Shown: positions 1 to 9,545 of the stretch, in pieces
Layout of the letters: the number at the start of each line of letters is the position of its first letter
How positions within the stretch are numbered: position 1 is the stretch's first letter
Notes under the pieces: generated by a model
Seen by the model: the letters and a program-made list of their open reading frames with translations, nothing else
The model's database searches: none
Told to the model about the DNA's origin: nothing
Position numbers and translations under genes: made by a program
Virus record (IMG/VR): IMGVR_UViG_3300027987_000471
Coordinates: 1-51,307 of that record
DNA: 51,307 nt
Origin: a virus
Taxonomy: Duplodnaviria > Caudoviricetes
Strand: one strand, 5' to 3'

Positions 1-144
1 GTCTGTAAATTGTGCGGAGACGAAAAGGAGCAAAAATGAAAGTCGAGTTTGCTAACGAAGGAAGCGGCGAAAATAAAATTCAAGAAAAACCTAAAACGCT
101 GGTTATCTTGAATAAAACTAAAGCTGCTTACTGCCTGCCTTCTC
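1..144. repeat. Terminal direct repeat, copy 1 (assembly circularity overlap)
   Basis: 1-144 is identical to 51164-51307. The join falls between the capsid gene end and the next head gene, so gene order is continuous across it. Confidence 0.97.
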
Positions 145-548
145 AGGATGGAGATCTTGAAGGTCTTTTAGAAGGAGAGGAGGCAGGCAAATTTCTTACG
201 CCAGGCGAAAACACAGTATCTGTTGAGCTTTGGCGTAGGCTGACAGAGGAAAATTATCCGCCAGCACCTTCCGGCCAAAAGCCTAAAAAGAAGAACAAAG
301 GGATCATCATTGCAATGCGCAAAGGCAATCTAGAGGTTGCTCGCGCAGGTGAGGCCTATCCTTTGAACTTGTCTTGGGCGTCTAGGCCGATTGCCGAGTT
401 TGAGGCTTTCCTTGCGCAGATCAAAACTATCGACAAGGTCGATAAAGTGAAAGAAGGTCTTGAGGGCCATACTAAGCTGCTGGCTTTGTGTGAGAAGAGA
501 ATCGATGCTATTTTAGATGAGGCCCAAAAGGTCGCTGTAGATGCTTAA
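36..548 (+). CDS. Hypothetical protein downstream of the major capsid gene (head-associated by synteny)
   Basis: ATG at 36 follows AAGGAG, so it is preferred over the GTG at 12. The stop overlaps the next ATG. Confidence 0.7.
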   Translation: MKVEFANEGSGENKIQEKPKTLVILNKTKAAYCLPSQDGDLEGLLEGEEAGKFLTPGENTVSVELWRRLTEENYPPAPSGQKPKKKNKGIIIAMRKGNLEVARAGEAYPLNLSWASRPIAEFEAFLAQIKTIDKVDKVKEGLEGHTKLLALCEKRIDAILDEAQKVAVDA

Positions 549-826
549 TGGCTGTGACCGTTACCACATTTTTGAGAGATTATCCGGAATTTTCGGATGC
601 CTCTCCTGATCTGATAAAGCGTAAAATTGCGTTAGCTTCTAAGTTTGTGAATGCGGCCGCTTTCGGTGATAGAGCGGACGACGCTATAAAGCTGAGAGCA
701 GCTCATTTTTTAGCAATGTCTCCGCCCGCCGAAGAAGCAGCATTAGAGGTAGGGAAAACTTGGTATATGGCTGAGTTTTCTCGTTTGGCCAAAATAGCAG
801 CGGCTAGAAAGCGGAGCACAACATGA
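548..826 (+). CDS. Head-tail adaptor (DUF4054-like)
   Basis: FLRDYPEFSD...AAHFLAM...TWYMAEF matches the recalled F..FPEF / AH / T.YG..F pattern; typical position after the capsid gene. Confidence 0.75.
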   Translation: MAVTVTTFLRDYPEFSDASPDLIKRKIALASKFVNAAAFGDRADDAIKLRAAHFLAMSPPAEEAALEVGKTWYMAEFSRLAKIAAARKRSTT

Positions 827-1266
827 ATTTAGGCCCTGGTTGGCGCTCTGCTTTTTTAGCGCTCCTTCGTAAATCTGAGGTAAAAATAACAATCGGTATT
901 CACGAGGGAGACGCTGACAGGACTTCTGAAGAAATAACTAATGTGGAGGCGGGTTTTTATCAGGAATTTGGCGATCCACAAAGGTCATTTTTACGTGAGC
1001 CTTTTGACCGCAAAAAAGCTAAGTATATAAAAGATGCTTCTCAGTGGTATGGCCAATCTTTTAGAGGCCTTAGAAATATACATTCAGTTCCTGATTTGAT
1101 CGGTACTGAAATAAGAGACGATTTGAAATCTAACATAAAGGACGGTATTTCGCCGGCGCTAGCTCCGTCCACTCAGAGGCAGCGCGATAAAAAAGGACAA
1201 GGATCTACTCCCCTTTTAGCTACTGGGCAACTAGTTCAGGCTATAGACTATCGAGTGGAGAAATGA
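823..1266 (+). CDS. Neck / virion morphogenesis protein
   Basis: QEFG..PQRSFLR and PALAPST..KKG..PLLATGQL motifs of HK97-gp10-like neck proteins. Confidence 0.75.
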   Translation: MNLGPGWRSAFLALLRKSEVKITIGIHEGDADRTSEEITNVEAGFYQEFGDPQRSFLREPFDRKKAKYIKDASQWYGQSFRGLRNIHSVPDLIGTEIRDDLKSNIKDGISPALAPSTQRQRDKKGQGSTPLLATGQLVQAIDYRVEK

Positions 1267-1275
1267 GAGGGCAAT

Positions 1276-1689
1276 ATGGCAACATTGTCTACGGATGCGC
1301 GAAACGCCGCGTGCGACGCGGTAACAGTACTATTGAACGCGGGAGCCGGCGCTAATCCTCAGCTAGTGATTAGAACGGCAGCTCAAGCGGCGCTTTGTAC
1401 TATCAACTTGAATGGCACCGATGCTGTTGGCGATGCAATAGCCGGAGTTGCTACTGTAGCGGCCCCTGCAGGAGAAGGATCTTGGGTTGGGTATCAAATA
1501 AATCCTTCGGCGAATGGGGACGCTGCGGACGCTGTAGTTGTAGATAAAGACGGCACTATAGTCTATACGCTTACTGTGGGCGTTACTGCCGGAGTTGATT
1601 TGCAGCTGGCAACATTGACGTTGCAAACCGCGGTTCCGATTACATTTAGCGCCGCGCCCACTATCACGCAGCTTGCGGCACCTGCATAA
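1276..1689 (+). CDS. Virion structural protein (collar or fibre associated)
   Basis: Ala/Thr/Val-rich beta protein with the N-terminal 'ARNAACDA' motif seen in phage structural clusters; lies in the neck region. Confidence 0.5.
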   Translation: MATLSTDARNAACDAVTVLLNAGAGANPQLVIRTAAQAALCTINLNGTDAVGDAIAGVATVAAPAGEGSWVGYQINPSANGDAADAVVVDKDGTIVYTLTVGVTAGVDLQLATLTLQTAVPITFSAAPTITQLAAPA

Positions 1690-1695
1690 AAATAA

Positions 1696-4236
1696 ATGGC
1701 GGACGTCTTTGGACATTTCGGCCTGGCTACAGGGAGTAATGACGGCACTTCTTGGGAAGATGCGTATCAAACACCTGCGGCTTTTACTGCCGGATTGTCT
1801 GCAGACGATGTGGGGTTAGTAAAAGAGCATGCAGGCTATACGATGGCCGCGGCTTTTACTGTCGCTGTTAATTGTGCGATTCATTTTGGTTTTGATTCCG
1901 CTTTAACCGGAACAAGTTATAGTCTTCCTGCGCGTACAGGCTATACTGTATTAAATGGTAATGCGGGGGCCTATAGAGCGTTAGATCTATCTGCGAACGT
2001 TACTATTAGTAGGCTAGAAGTTTATAATTATTCATTCAGCACGGCACCTTTAGGGAATTTCAGTGCGGGAGATATAACATTTGATACGTGTGTTTTCAGA
2101 AATTCTGCATCAACAGGATCTGATGATATTTCCGGTGTTAGAGTAGCGGATCCGGCAACTCTAACTTGCACTGATTGTGAATTTCATACTTTAACTGGCG
2201 GTTCATTCGGCGCTATTCGCAATGAATACGCAACTATGACGCTTAGCGGCTGCTATATTCATGATAATTCTGGATCATTCGGAGCCGCAGTTGCTATTTA
2301 TGCCGGTGGGACAGAGTTAGTCACGATTGAAGATTGTGTTATAGCGGATAATACCGGTACATTAGGCGGAGCAGTGTATGCTCTCGGCAGTGACGGGCCT
2401 GTAGTGCTTCGGCGTTGCTGGTTGACTGGAAACGCCGCTCCTTACGGCTCTGCTATCTACGTAGACAGCGGAGGGAACGCGTTAACGTTGAACAACTGCG
2501 TGGTAGCAGGGAATACTTGCAACTATTCCGGTGCTATTCGTTTTGATTCAGCATCCGGCTATTTGAATATAGTGCAATGTACAATTGCAGATAATAGCAC
2601 ATCAGATACCGATTGCGCCGGAGTTGAGACCAGTCAAGATCCTTATATAGCTGATTGTATTTTTTGGGGAAACACGGGAGCTGGCGGCGCAGGCTCTCAG
2701 ATACTGTCTTCAGATACGGCGGGAGTTGTTGATTACTGCGATGTAGACGGTTTAGCTGTTAATGGAATATCCGGAATAGCTACTATATCCAATTCGGTTG
2801 ATGCTGATCCTGTTTTTGTCGGTTCGGGTAACGACCCTTACGATTTAACGGGATCATCTCCAACATCGGTCACTGAAGGTGGATCAGTAAGCGTCACAGG
2901 CTATCAAGATTTTGATGTTTTGAATAATGATAGGCCCGCGTCCAACCCGTCTATTGGTGCGTATCAAGCCGCTGCTGCTTCTACTAATCCGTGTTCGATT
3001 GCTGTCACCGTGGCTTCTCAAAGTTGGACTGCGTCCGGCTCGCAAAGTAATACGGCAGCAATAGCTATTACTTCGGCGGCTCAATTATGGTTTGCTCAAG
3101 GCGCACAAGAGAATGAAGCGGCTATTTCTATAGAAGTTGGACCTCAAGCGTGGGACGCTGAAGGCTTTCAGGAAAATGAAGCTTCTATCGCTATAGAGGT
3201 AGCTGCCCAAGAATGGCTGGCGGTTGCCGCTGAAGCCGGCACAAATCCTTGTGTGGTAGCTATTCAGGCGCCTTGGCAAGCTTGGGCTTTATCAGGAGAG
3301 CAAGCGAATGCGGCTTCCTTGGAGGCAGAAGTACCTTGGCAGAGTTGGAGTGTTTCAGGTTCCCAAGAAAATCAAGCAGTTATATCTATAAATGTTGGTC
3401 CGCAGGCCTTCGCCGCAGAAGGAACGCAAAGCAACCAAGCCGCGCTTGATATTGTAGTGGCCGGTCAGAGCTGGGATGCTTATGGAAGTTCTCCCGTAAA
3501 CGCGTGCACTATAGATATCCAGGTTCCGTATCAAGATTGGTCGGCTACTGGCAGCCAAGAAAATGCGGCGATTATTTCTATCCGAACCGGGCATCAAATA
3601 TGGTCTGCGGTTGCAGGTGTGGCGCTCCCTGAAGATGCTTTTAACCCCACATTAGATGTAAAATTAGAAAAATTACGAGAAGGGCTAGAGTGGGCTTTCG
3701 GCTGCAGAGTGGTTTACGGAAGAACAGAAAAAATAAATGATTACAGGCCTTCGGGCGATGTTTGGGGCAGACTAGATCTTATGTTTGCCGGAGATGTAGA
3801 GGGATATGACGTAGAAATTAGAGATGTTGATATTAGTGCCTATGACGGTGTCACGCCGAGGCAAGAAGTAGCTATTCGGCAAACTCAGTTGCGTTTTCAA
3901 GTAACGCTTAGGTCTAGAGATCAACGTCCTAGTCATAGTGCTTGGGCAGCAGGCTTGAAAGGCATGTCTCGTGTGAAATTGCCGTGGTTTGTGGGTGAGT
4001 TTTTAGAGCCCTATAATTTGGCGATAGGCGAATTCAAGCAGCTCACAGACAGGCCCTTTTCGTTAGATAATCGTGTAGAAGATATGGCAGTTTTTGAACT
4101 TTTAGTTTACACTGTTATGGTGGAGTGTGATGAGGCAGCCCGGGGAGGTTGGATTGAGCGAGTTGAAGCTACTTCTGATCTAGGTTTGCCGGCAACACTT
4201 GAGTGGAATGAGGAGATCATTCCAGAGGAGGAATAA
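1696..4236 (+). CDS. Fusion protein: right-handed beta-helix + 21-aa repeat stalk + C-terminal tail terminator-like domain
   Basis: N-terminal GSNDGTSWEDAY, GGA(V/I) and ..C.I..N beta-helix repeats ending in SIGAYQ; ten 21-aa repeats; the last ~200 aa resemble a neck terminator and directly precede the sheath gene. Confidence 0.65.
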   Translation: MADVFGHFGLATGSNDGTSWEDAYQTPAAFTAGLSADDVGLVKEHAGYTMAAAFTVAVNCAIHFGFDSALTGTSYSLPARTGYTVLNGNAGAYRALDLSANVTISRLEVYNYSFSTAPLGNFSAGDITFDTCVFRNSASTGSDDISGVRVADPATLTCTDCEFHTLTGGSFGAIRNEYATMTLSGCYIHDNSGSFGAAVAIYAGGTELVTIEDCVIADNTGTLGGAVYALGSDGPVVLRRCWLTGNAAPYGSAIYVDSGGNALTLNNCVVAGNTCNYSGAIRFDSASGYLNIVQCTIADNSTSDTDCAGVETSQDPYIADCIFWGNTGAGGAGSQILSSDTAGVVDYCDVDGLAVNGISGIATISNSVDADPVFVGSGNDPYDLTGSSPTSVTEGGSVSVTGYQDFDVLNNDRPASNPSIGAYQAAAASTNPCSIAVTVASQSWTASGSQSNTAAIAITSAAQLWFAQGAQENEAAISIEVGPQAWDAEGFQENEASIAIEVAAQEWLAVAAEAGTNPCVVAIQAPWQAWALSGEQANAASLEAEVPWQSWSVSGSQENQAVISINVGPQAFAAEGTQSNQAALDIVVAGQSWDAYGSSPVNACTIDIQVPYQDWSATGSQENAAIISIRTGHQIWSAVAGVALPEDAFNPTLDVKLEKLREGLEWAFGCRVVYGRTEKINDYRPSGDVWGRLDLMFAGDVEGYDVEIRDVDISAYDGVTPRQEVAIRQTQLRFQVTLRSRDQRPSHSAWAAGLKGMSRVKLPWFVGEFLEPYNLAIGEFKQLTDRPFSLDNRVEDMAVFELLVYTVMVECDEAARGGWIERVEATSDLGLPATLEWNEEIIPEEE

Positions 4237-5582
4237 TGAGCCTCGAATCGGTTATAAGCGGTGTTATTACGTCGGGAACTTTAACAGGCACTACAAAATC
4301 TTTCAAAGTAGGCATGGTATTCGGGCACCACAACGCCTATTCTGATGCGGCGCGTGTTTATACTACCTCCACTGCGTTGAATCAGTTGATTACTGACGGC
4401 ATTCCGGCAACTAGTCCTATTTACAGAGCAGTGTCGTCTATGCTGTCCGCAACTACAGGGAAACCGGATAAAGTAGTTGTAGGTAAGCAAAACGGCACAT
4501 TCACTCAGGCCGGCTCTATACAGGTTATAGGCACGCCCTATACCGGTCAAGTTTATGCTTTCGTGGTCAGAAATCCTACTGGCACGCCTACCACAATTTC
4601 GCATACAGTAACTGCGGGACAGACTACCACAGATATAGCTACGGCGCTTAATGCTTTGCTTACTGTGGTGTCCGGTATAACTTCTACTTCGGCTACAGAT
4701 ACTATCAGTTGGGAATCTGATGCCGATAATGTAATGTGGACGTTCGAATCTATGAGCAAAACTCAGTTTCAGTTTTTGGATGCTACACCGGCACCCGTCG
4801 ACATTACTTTGGCAACAGATTTGGCGGCGATCAGAGCTGCAAATCGAACGTGGTATGCTTTTACTTGGGCGGGGCCGACAAGCGCCGCTATAAATTTGGC
4901 CAATGGGAATTGGGCTGAAACGCAAGAGCTTATGTATTGGGGAACTTCATACAACAACAATGAAGAAGATCCTGCCTCCACTACATCGGCATCTTATCTG
5001 TGTGAAGCAGCTAACCTATTTCGAACAGTTATCGCTTTTAGTGGTGACCAAACTAAAAACTTGGCCGCTGCTCTTATCGGGAAAATACTGCCGTATGATC
5101 CGGGCAGTGTTTCTGCTGAATTTAAGACTGTTGCAGTAACCGCGGACACAATAAGTGGAAATGCTGAAACGTCTTTTGTGCAGAATAACTGCCTCTATTA
5201 CGCTGCGCTTGAGGGAGGTTTTGACTGGGTTCAAAATTCCAAGACTTCGGGCGGAGAGTGGATAGACGTTATTATCTTCAGAGATTGGTTGTTCGCCAGA
5301 TTGAGAGAAGCTGTTGCTACTTTGTTCAGCAATGCGGCTAAAATCCCGTACACCCGCGCCGGAGAAGAGATGATCGCCAAGGAATTCCGTGCGGTGCTGA
5401 AACTGGGAGTAACTAGAGGAGGCTTGGACGATACCGAAGAAGCTCCCTCTGTTACTTATCCTGAAATATCCGATATTTTGGAGGCCGATAGGATAGATAG
5501 GATTCTGCCTGATTTGGCGTTCAGCGGCAGGCTTGCAGGCGCTATTCATGCGCTTAGATTTACCGGCATTTTGCGGGTGTAA
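4236..5582 (+). CDS. Tail sheath protein (DUF3383-like)
   Basis: 448 aa with PGS..FKT, GEWIDVIIFRDWL, KIPYT..G and LAGAIH motifs. Confidence 0.92.
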   Translation: MSLESVISGVITSGTLTGTTKSFKVGMVFGHHNAYSDAARVYTTSTALNQLITDGIPATSPIYRAVSSMLSATTGKPDKVVVGKQNGTFTQAGSIQVIGTPYTGQVYAFVVRNPTGTPTTISHTVTAGQTTTDIATALNALLTVVSGITSTSATDTISWESDADNVMWTFESMSKTQFQFLDATPAPVDITLATDLAAIRAANRTWYAFTWAGPTSAAINLANGNWAETQELMYWGTSYNNNEEDPASTTSASYLCEAANLFRTVIAFSGDQTKNLAAALIGKILPYDPGSVSAEFKTVAVTADTISGNAETSFVQNNCLYYAALEGGFDWVQNSKTSGGEWIDVIIFRDWLFARLREAVATLFSNAAKIPYTRAGEEMIAKEFRAVLKLGVTRGGLDDTEEAPSVTYPEISDILEADRIDRILPDLAFSGRLAGAIHALRFTGILRV

Positions 5583-5591
5583 GGAGCAGTC

Positions 5592-6041
5592 ATGAGCTTT
5601 GAACCGAATGTTAAAGTTGTTAACCCTTCTGATGTGGATGTGCTTTGGGGGCATATTCAGATTCGGGGTTTTTCAAAAGGCACTTACATAAAAATAACGC
5701 CTGCCGCCGACGACACTACAGACGAAAACGGTGTAGACGGAGAGGTTGTTATTTCCATGACCAACGATCAGCGAGCCGATTTTGAGTTTACGTTGATGAA
5801 ATCGGCTAAAGCTAATTTGGAGCTGTCTTTGGCTCGAAATGAAGGCATTCAAGCGCGGCGCGTCCTAATTATGCCTCTTGTGGTCAGAGACGGCAACGGG
5901 AATGCTCTCTATGAGGCAGACAACGCTTGGATCAAGGCGCGACCGGAGAACGAAATATCTTCCGAAGTGACTTCCTACAAATGGACGTTACGCGTTGCAC
6001 ATCTCAATAGCATTGAGGGAGATTTGCTGTTCCCTCAATAG
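5592..6041 (+). CDS. Tail tube protein (DUF3277-like)
   Basis: 149 aa after the sheath gene; P.DV, IRGF..G, G.DGE, S.AN..LS, D.NG and AWI..RP motifs. Confidence 0.88.
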   Translation: MSFEPNVKVVNPSDVDVLWGHIQIRGFSKGTYIKITPAADDTTDENGVDGEVVISMTNDQRADFEFTLMKSAKANLELSLARNEGIQARRVLIMPLVVRDGNGNALYEADNAWIKARPENEISSEVTSYKWTLRVAHLNSIEGDLLFPQ

Positions 6042-6065
6042 CAGTGATCTGAAAGGAGCAAAAAG

Positions 6066-6677
6066 ATGATCACACCTGTAACTACGGTAATTGACGGCGA
6101 TACTTATGAGTTTATGCCCATGGCAGCCACCGAAGCTCGAAAGTGGTTGATGATTCTGCAACAGACTTTTGGGCCTTCTGTGGCTGAAGCTTTTTCCGGC
6201 ATAAAAGACGCCGCAATTCCGGATGGAGCGCTCGAGCTGGATACTGGAGACCCCAAAATGATCGTGGCGATGCTTGGGCCTATTGCGGGATCTATTTCTG
6301 GTCTGGTTAGAGGTTTTTCTTCGTCTCTAAACGCTGCCGGCTATGAGGCGCTTGTAGAGGCGTTTCTATCCAGGACTTGGGTAGAGACAGATTCGGGAGG
6401 AAAACTTGAGCTGAAGAAAGGCTATAGAGAGCTGAATTTTTACAACAAATTAGCGTTGGAGGCACGCATTTTATTGTGGTGCCTAAAGGAGCAATACTCT
6501 GATTTTTTCGGATACTTAGAGACGGCAAGAGTTTGGCTGGAAGCAGCAAAAGGAACGGCGGCGTCTCTATTGAAATCCCCATCTCAATCGACTGGTGGTT
6601 CTTCAGAATCGCAGCATCGAGCCGCTTCAACGTTAGCCTCATCGAAATTCAACGTGAATGGTCCCTTGCCGACATAG
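6066..6677 (+). CDS. Tail assembly chaperone (G product)
   Basis: Lies between tube and tape measure genes; contains the YSDFF motif on a slippery site. Confidence 0.8.
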   Translation: MITPVTTVIDGDTYEFMPMAATEARKWLMILQQTFGPSVAEAFSGIKDAAIPDGALELDTGDPKMIVAMLGPIAGSISGLVRGFSSSLNAAGYEALVEAFLSRTWVETDSGGKLELKKGYRELNFYNKLALEARILLWCLKEQYSDFFGYLETARVWLEAAKGTAASLLKSPSQSTGGSSESQHRAASTLASSKFNVNGPLPT

Positions 6678-6760
6678 CGGCGGCACATCTTACGCTAGAT
6701 GCGTATGAACTAGCAGAGGCTCAATCTAGAGAAGAGGCAGCTAGGGCTAGAAGAAAATGA
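6503..6760 (+). CDS. -1 frameshift extension of the tail assembly chaperone (GT product)
   Basis: Heptamer T TTT TTC at 6503-6509. The -1 frame is open from there to the TGA at 6760, which overlaps the tape measure ATG. Confidence 0.75.
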   Translation, partial: FFRILRDGKSLAGSSKRNGGVSIEIPISIDWWFFRIAASSRFNVSLIEIQREWSLADIAAAHLTLDAYELAEAQSREEAARARRK

Positions 6761-8562
6761 TTGTTCGGGACCTATTAATAGAATTCGGCGCGCGATTAAA
6801 TAAATCGGACATCGAAAAAGCGGATAAAGCTGCCCAAGGTTTTGCGTCAAAAACCGGGGGCATTATGGCCACGCTCCTTAGCTTGGGTTTCATCAAATTC
6901 TTTAAAGACGCCACTTTCGGCATATTAAATTTAGCCAGCTCGGTTGTTGAGAATATGAACGTCATGAATGCCGCTTTTGGCGACGGTGTTGATGAGGTTA
7001 AAGCTTGGGCTAAAGAGTTTGGAGATGCCGCAGGCCGTAATAGATACGAGCTGGAGCAAATGGCAGGTAGCCTTGGTGCTATGTTGAATCCTATGCTTGG
7101 CGATGCCGGTGCCGCTGCCGAATTGTCCAAGGCTCTGACTGAGCTTGCCGTAGACTTGGGCAGTTTCTATAACGTCGCCGATGAAAGCGCTTTGACTGCG
7201 CTCAGAGCGGGGCTAGTAGGCGAAACTGAGCCTATGCGCAAGTTTGGTGTGATAATGACCGAAGCGTCCATGAAAGCATGGATGCTAGAGAATAGGATAA
7301 AAGGGAACATAAAAACAATGTCGGTAGCGGATAAAACTATGCTCCGCTACCGGTATATGATGGATCAAACTGCTCTGGCGCACGGGGACGCGATAAAAAC
7401 CGCAGATTCTTTGGCGAATGCTTCTAAAGCTTTACGTGCGAAATTTATAGAAATGGCAACAGATGCCGGCGCTAAATTGATACCGTTTGCCGGGAAAGTC
7501 GTCTACGCTCTTTCTCGAGTAGTTACGTGGTTCAAACAAGTCGCCGCCGACTCTAAAATTGTTCAGTCTGCTTTTGCTGTTTTAGGTACCGCTGCAGCAG
7601 TGCTTGCTATAAAAATGCTGGCTCCTTTTCTGCCCTTAATACTGACTATAGGAGCTTTGATTCTTATTATTGATGACCTTTGGACGATGTTTGAAGGAGG
7701 AGAATCAGTAATAGGAAGTGTTATTGATTGGCTTTGGGGCCCGGGGAGCGCACAAGAAGCAGTCGCTTTTGTGAAGCAGGCGTTTTCAGATTTTGTCCGG
7801 TGGATGAAAACTGATGGTTTGATAATATGGGAAGCCATAAAATTAGCCATACAAGATTTTGTAAAAGCTGCAGCACCTTATGTTAAAGCATTTATAAGGG
7901 GCATTGCTGACGGTTTTACATGGTTATACGAAAATGTAATGAAACCGGCAGGTGAATTTTGGTTAGCACTAGGCAGAATTATAGTAGATTTTGTCAATTC
8001 GGCTATACCCTATGTTAAATTTTTCTTAACTGTTATAGGAGACGGCTTAGGTTGGTTGTATGATAATATTTTAAAACCTGTTTTCGGTTTTCTTGTAGAT
8101 ACCGCTATACCTATAATAGTCAGAATAGCTAAGGCCATAGGGGAATTTTTTGCCCCTGCTATCAAAGATTTGATCTCATTTTTTGAAGGGCTTTTTGATG
8201 TTGTAGGCTACGTCATTGATGAAATTGCCAAGTTCATCGATATGGTAGCCGAAGGTGTTAAGTCCGCGGCTGACTTATTTGGATTTGGTTTTGAAACTGG
8301 AGCTAAAGGCAAATCGCAGGTAGGATCTTCTATAAAAGCGCCAGCAGGTAAACAGTTTGGGGGCTCTATACCTGTAAATATTCCTCTGTCTTCTATAGGA
8401 TCTATGAACTACGGTGGAGACGAAATAAATCAAACTGTAGAGTTAAATTTTGATAGACCTCAATCTATAACGCCCGAGCGGATAGGGTCTAATGTAGAAG
8501 ACGCTATGAAGCGCGTAAACAAGAGAGCACTCGCTTCTCTAAAACAGAAAAAAGGCAGCTAG
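6757..8562 (+). CDS. Tape measure protein
   Basis: 601 aa, helical and Ala-rich; DLGSFYN...GETEPMRKFG motif, hydrophobic segment and periodic W/F residues. Confidence 0.92.
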   Translation: MIVRDLLIEFGARLNKSDIEKADKAAQGFASKTGGIMATLLSLGFIKFFKDATFGILNLASSVVENMNVMNAAFGDGVDEVKAWAKEFGDAAGRNRYELEQMAGSLGAMLNPMLGDAGAAAELSKALTELAVDLGSFYNVADESALTALRAGLVGETEPMRKFGVIMTEASMKAWMLENRIKGNIKTMSVADKTMLRYRYMMDQTALAHGDAIKTADSLANASKALRAKFIEMATDAGAKLIPFAGKVVYALSRVVTWFKQVAADSKIVQSAFAVLGTAAAVLAIKMLAPFLPLILTIGALILIIDDLWTMFEGGESVIGSVIDWLWGPGSAQEAVAFVKQAFSDFVRWMKTDGLIIWEAIKLAIQDFVKAAAPYVKAFIRGIADGFTWLYENVMKPAGEFWLALGRIIVDFVNSAIPYVKFFLTVIGDGLGWLYDNILKPVFGFLVDTAIPIIVRIAKAIGEFFAPAIKDLISFFEGLFDVVGYVIDEIAKFIDMVAEGVKSAADLFGFGFETGAKGKSQVGSSIKAPAGKQFGGSIPVNIPLSSIGSMNYGGDEINQTVELNFDRPQSITPERIGSNVEDAMKRVNKRALASLKQKKGS

Positions 8563-8563
8563 A

Positions 8564-9196
8564 ATGCCCTACGAAAATATAAAAGCTCAGCGCGGCGCTT
8601 CTCCTGTCGTCACAATAGGCGATGTTAGAGTATCGGCTTCCTTGAGTGAGAGTCACGAGCTTACTTCTGATGTGACCTCATCTCCCGTAGAAGGCAAGAT
8701 TGATACGAACGATCATATCTACAAAAAGCCTAGAGTAGTATCTATCGACGGTAAAGTGTCTGATGTAGTTATAGAGAATGGTTATCCGGGAAAATCGCTA
8801 GTAGAGTCTTTCAGAGTAGGTAATGAAAATAATCCGGCTATAGAGGCGTGGCATACTGTCAAAAGTTATTGGGATGAATCAAAGATAATAGATATTGAAA
8901 CTTCTTTAGAGACGCTGCCTTCTATGGCTATAGTTAAATTTTCGGTAACAAGAGGGCCGGGAGAATCTACTACTGTACTTCGTTTTTCTGTGACTGCTAA
9001 GCAACTTAATGTTGTTGCTACGCAGACGACAGCGGCGCTTACTCTGCCCGAGCCCAAAAGCAACACAGTAAAAGGCAAAGCTGAAGGCAAAGGGAAAAAG
9101 CCGAATAAGAACGCGAATGAGGCGCAAGATACTAAAGCTAAACAGTCTACTCTGTCCAGATTGGCTGGAGGCGTAACCGGGTTTTTGGGTTTTTGA
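8564..9196 (+). CDS. Baseplate / tail tube initiator (Dit-like)
   Basis: ESH....VT..PVEG....DH motif; directly after the tape measure gene. Confidence 0.75.
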   Translation: MPYENIKAQRGASPVVTIGDVRVSASLSESHELTSDVTSSPVEGKIDTNDHIYKKPRVVSIDGKVSDVVIENGYPGKSLVESFRVGNENNPAIEAWHTVKSYWDESKIIDIETSLETLPSMAIVKFSVTRGPGESTTVLRFSVTAKQLNVVATQTTAALTLPEPKSNTVKGKAEGKGKKPNKNANEAQDTKAKQSTLSRLAGGVTGFLGF

Positions 9197-9197
9197 T

Positions 9198-9545
9198 ATG
9201 ATAGAGATAGTTCAAACTGAAACTGACGGCTCCAGGCACTACGACGTAGAGAAGAATTTAGATGGAGTTAGTTTCATACTTCGTTTTATTTGGAACGAAT
9301 ATGATCAACATTGGTTTTTATCCGTATTAACAGAAGATGAGGAAGAGATACAGGGAGCGCAGTCTTATCGTCTTGTCAACGGGTGCTATCCGTTGAATCA
9401 ATCTAGGGACCCCAAGCGCCCTGAGGGAGAACTTTATCTTTTGGCGCAGTCTACGGCAGATCCTGTCCTATTGACATTGGGAATATCTTCTATTCTATTG
9501 TATATACCTAGAGAAGATATTTTAGCACTGAGAGCGCAGCTATGA
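9198..9545 (+). CDS. Small baseplate protein
   Basis: LDG..F.LRF.WN....W motif and synteny. Confidence 0.65.
   Translation: MIEIVQTETDGSRHYDVEKNLDGVSFILRFIWNEYDQHWFLSVLTEDEEEIQGAQSYRLVNGCYPLNQSRDPKRPEGELYLLAQSTADPVLLTLGISSILLYIPREDILALRAQL

Noticed and set aside
1-144. Biological terminal repeat of the virion DNA
   Set aside because: It falls across the capsid stop and the next gene, which fits an assembly overlap better. Physical ends cannot be inferred without reads.
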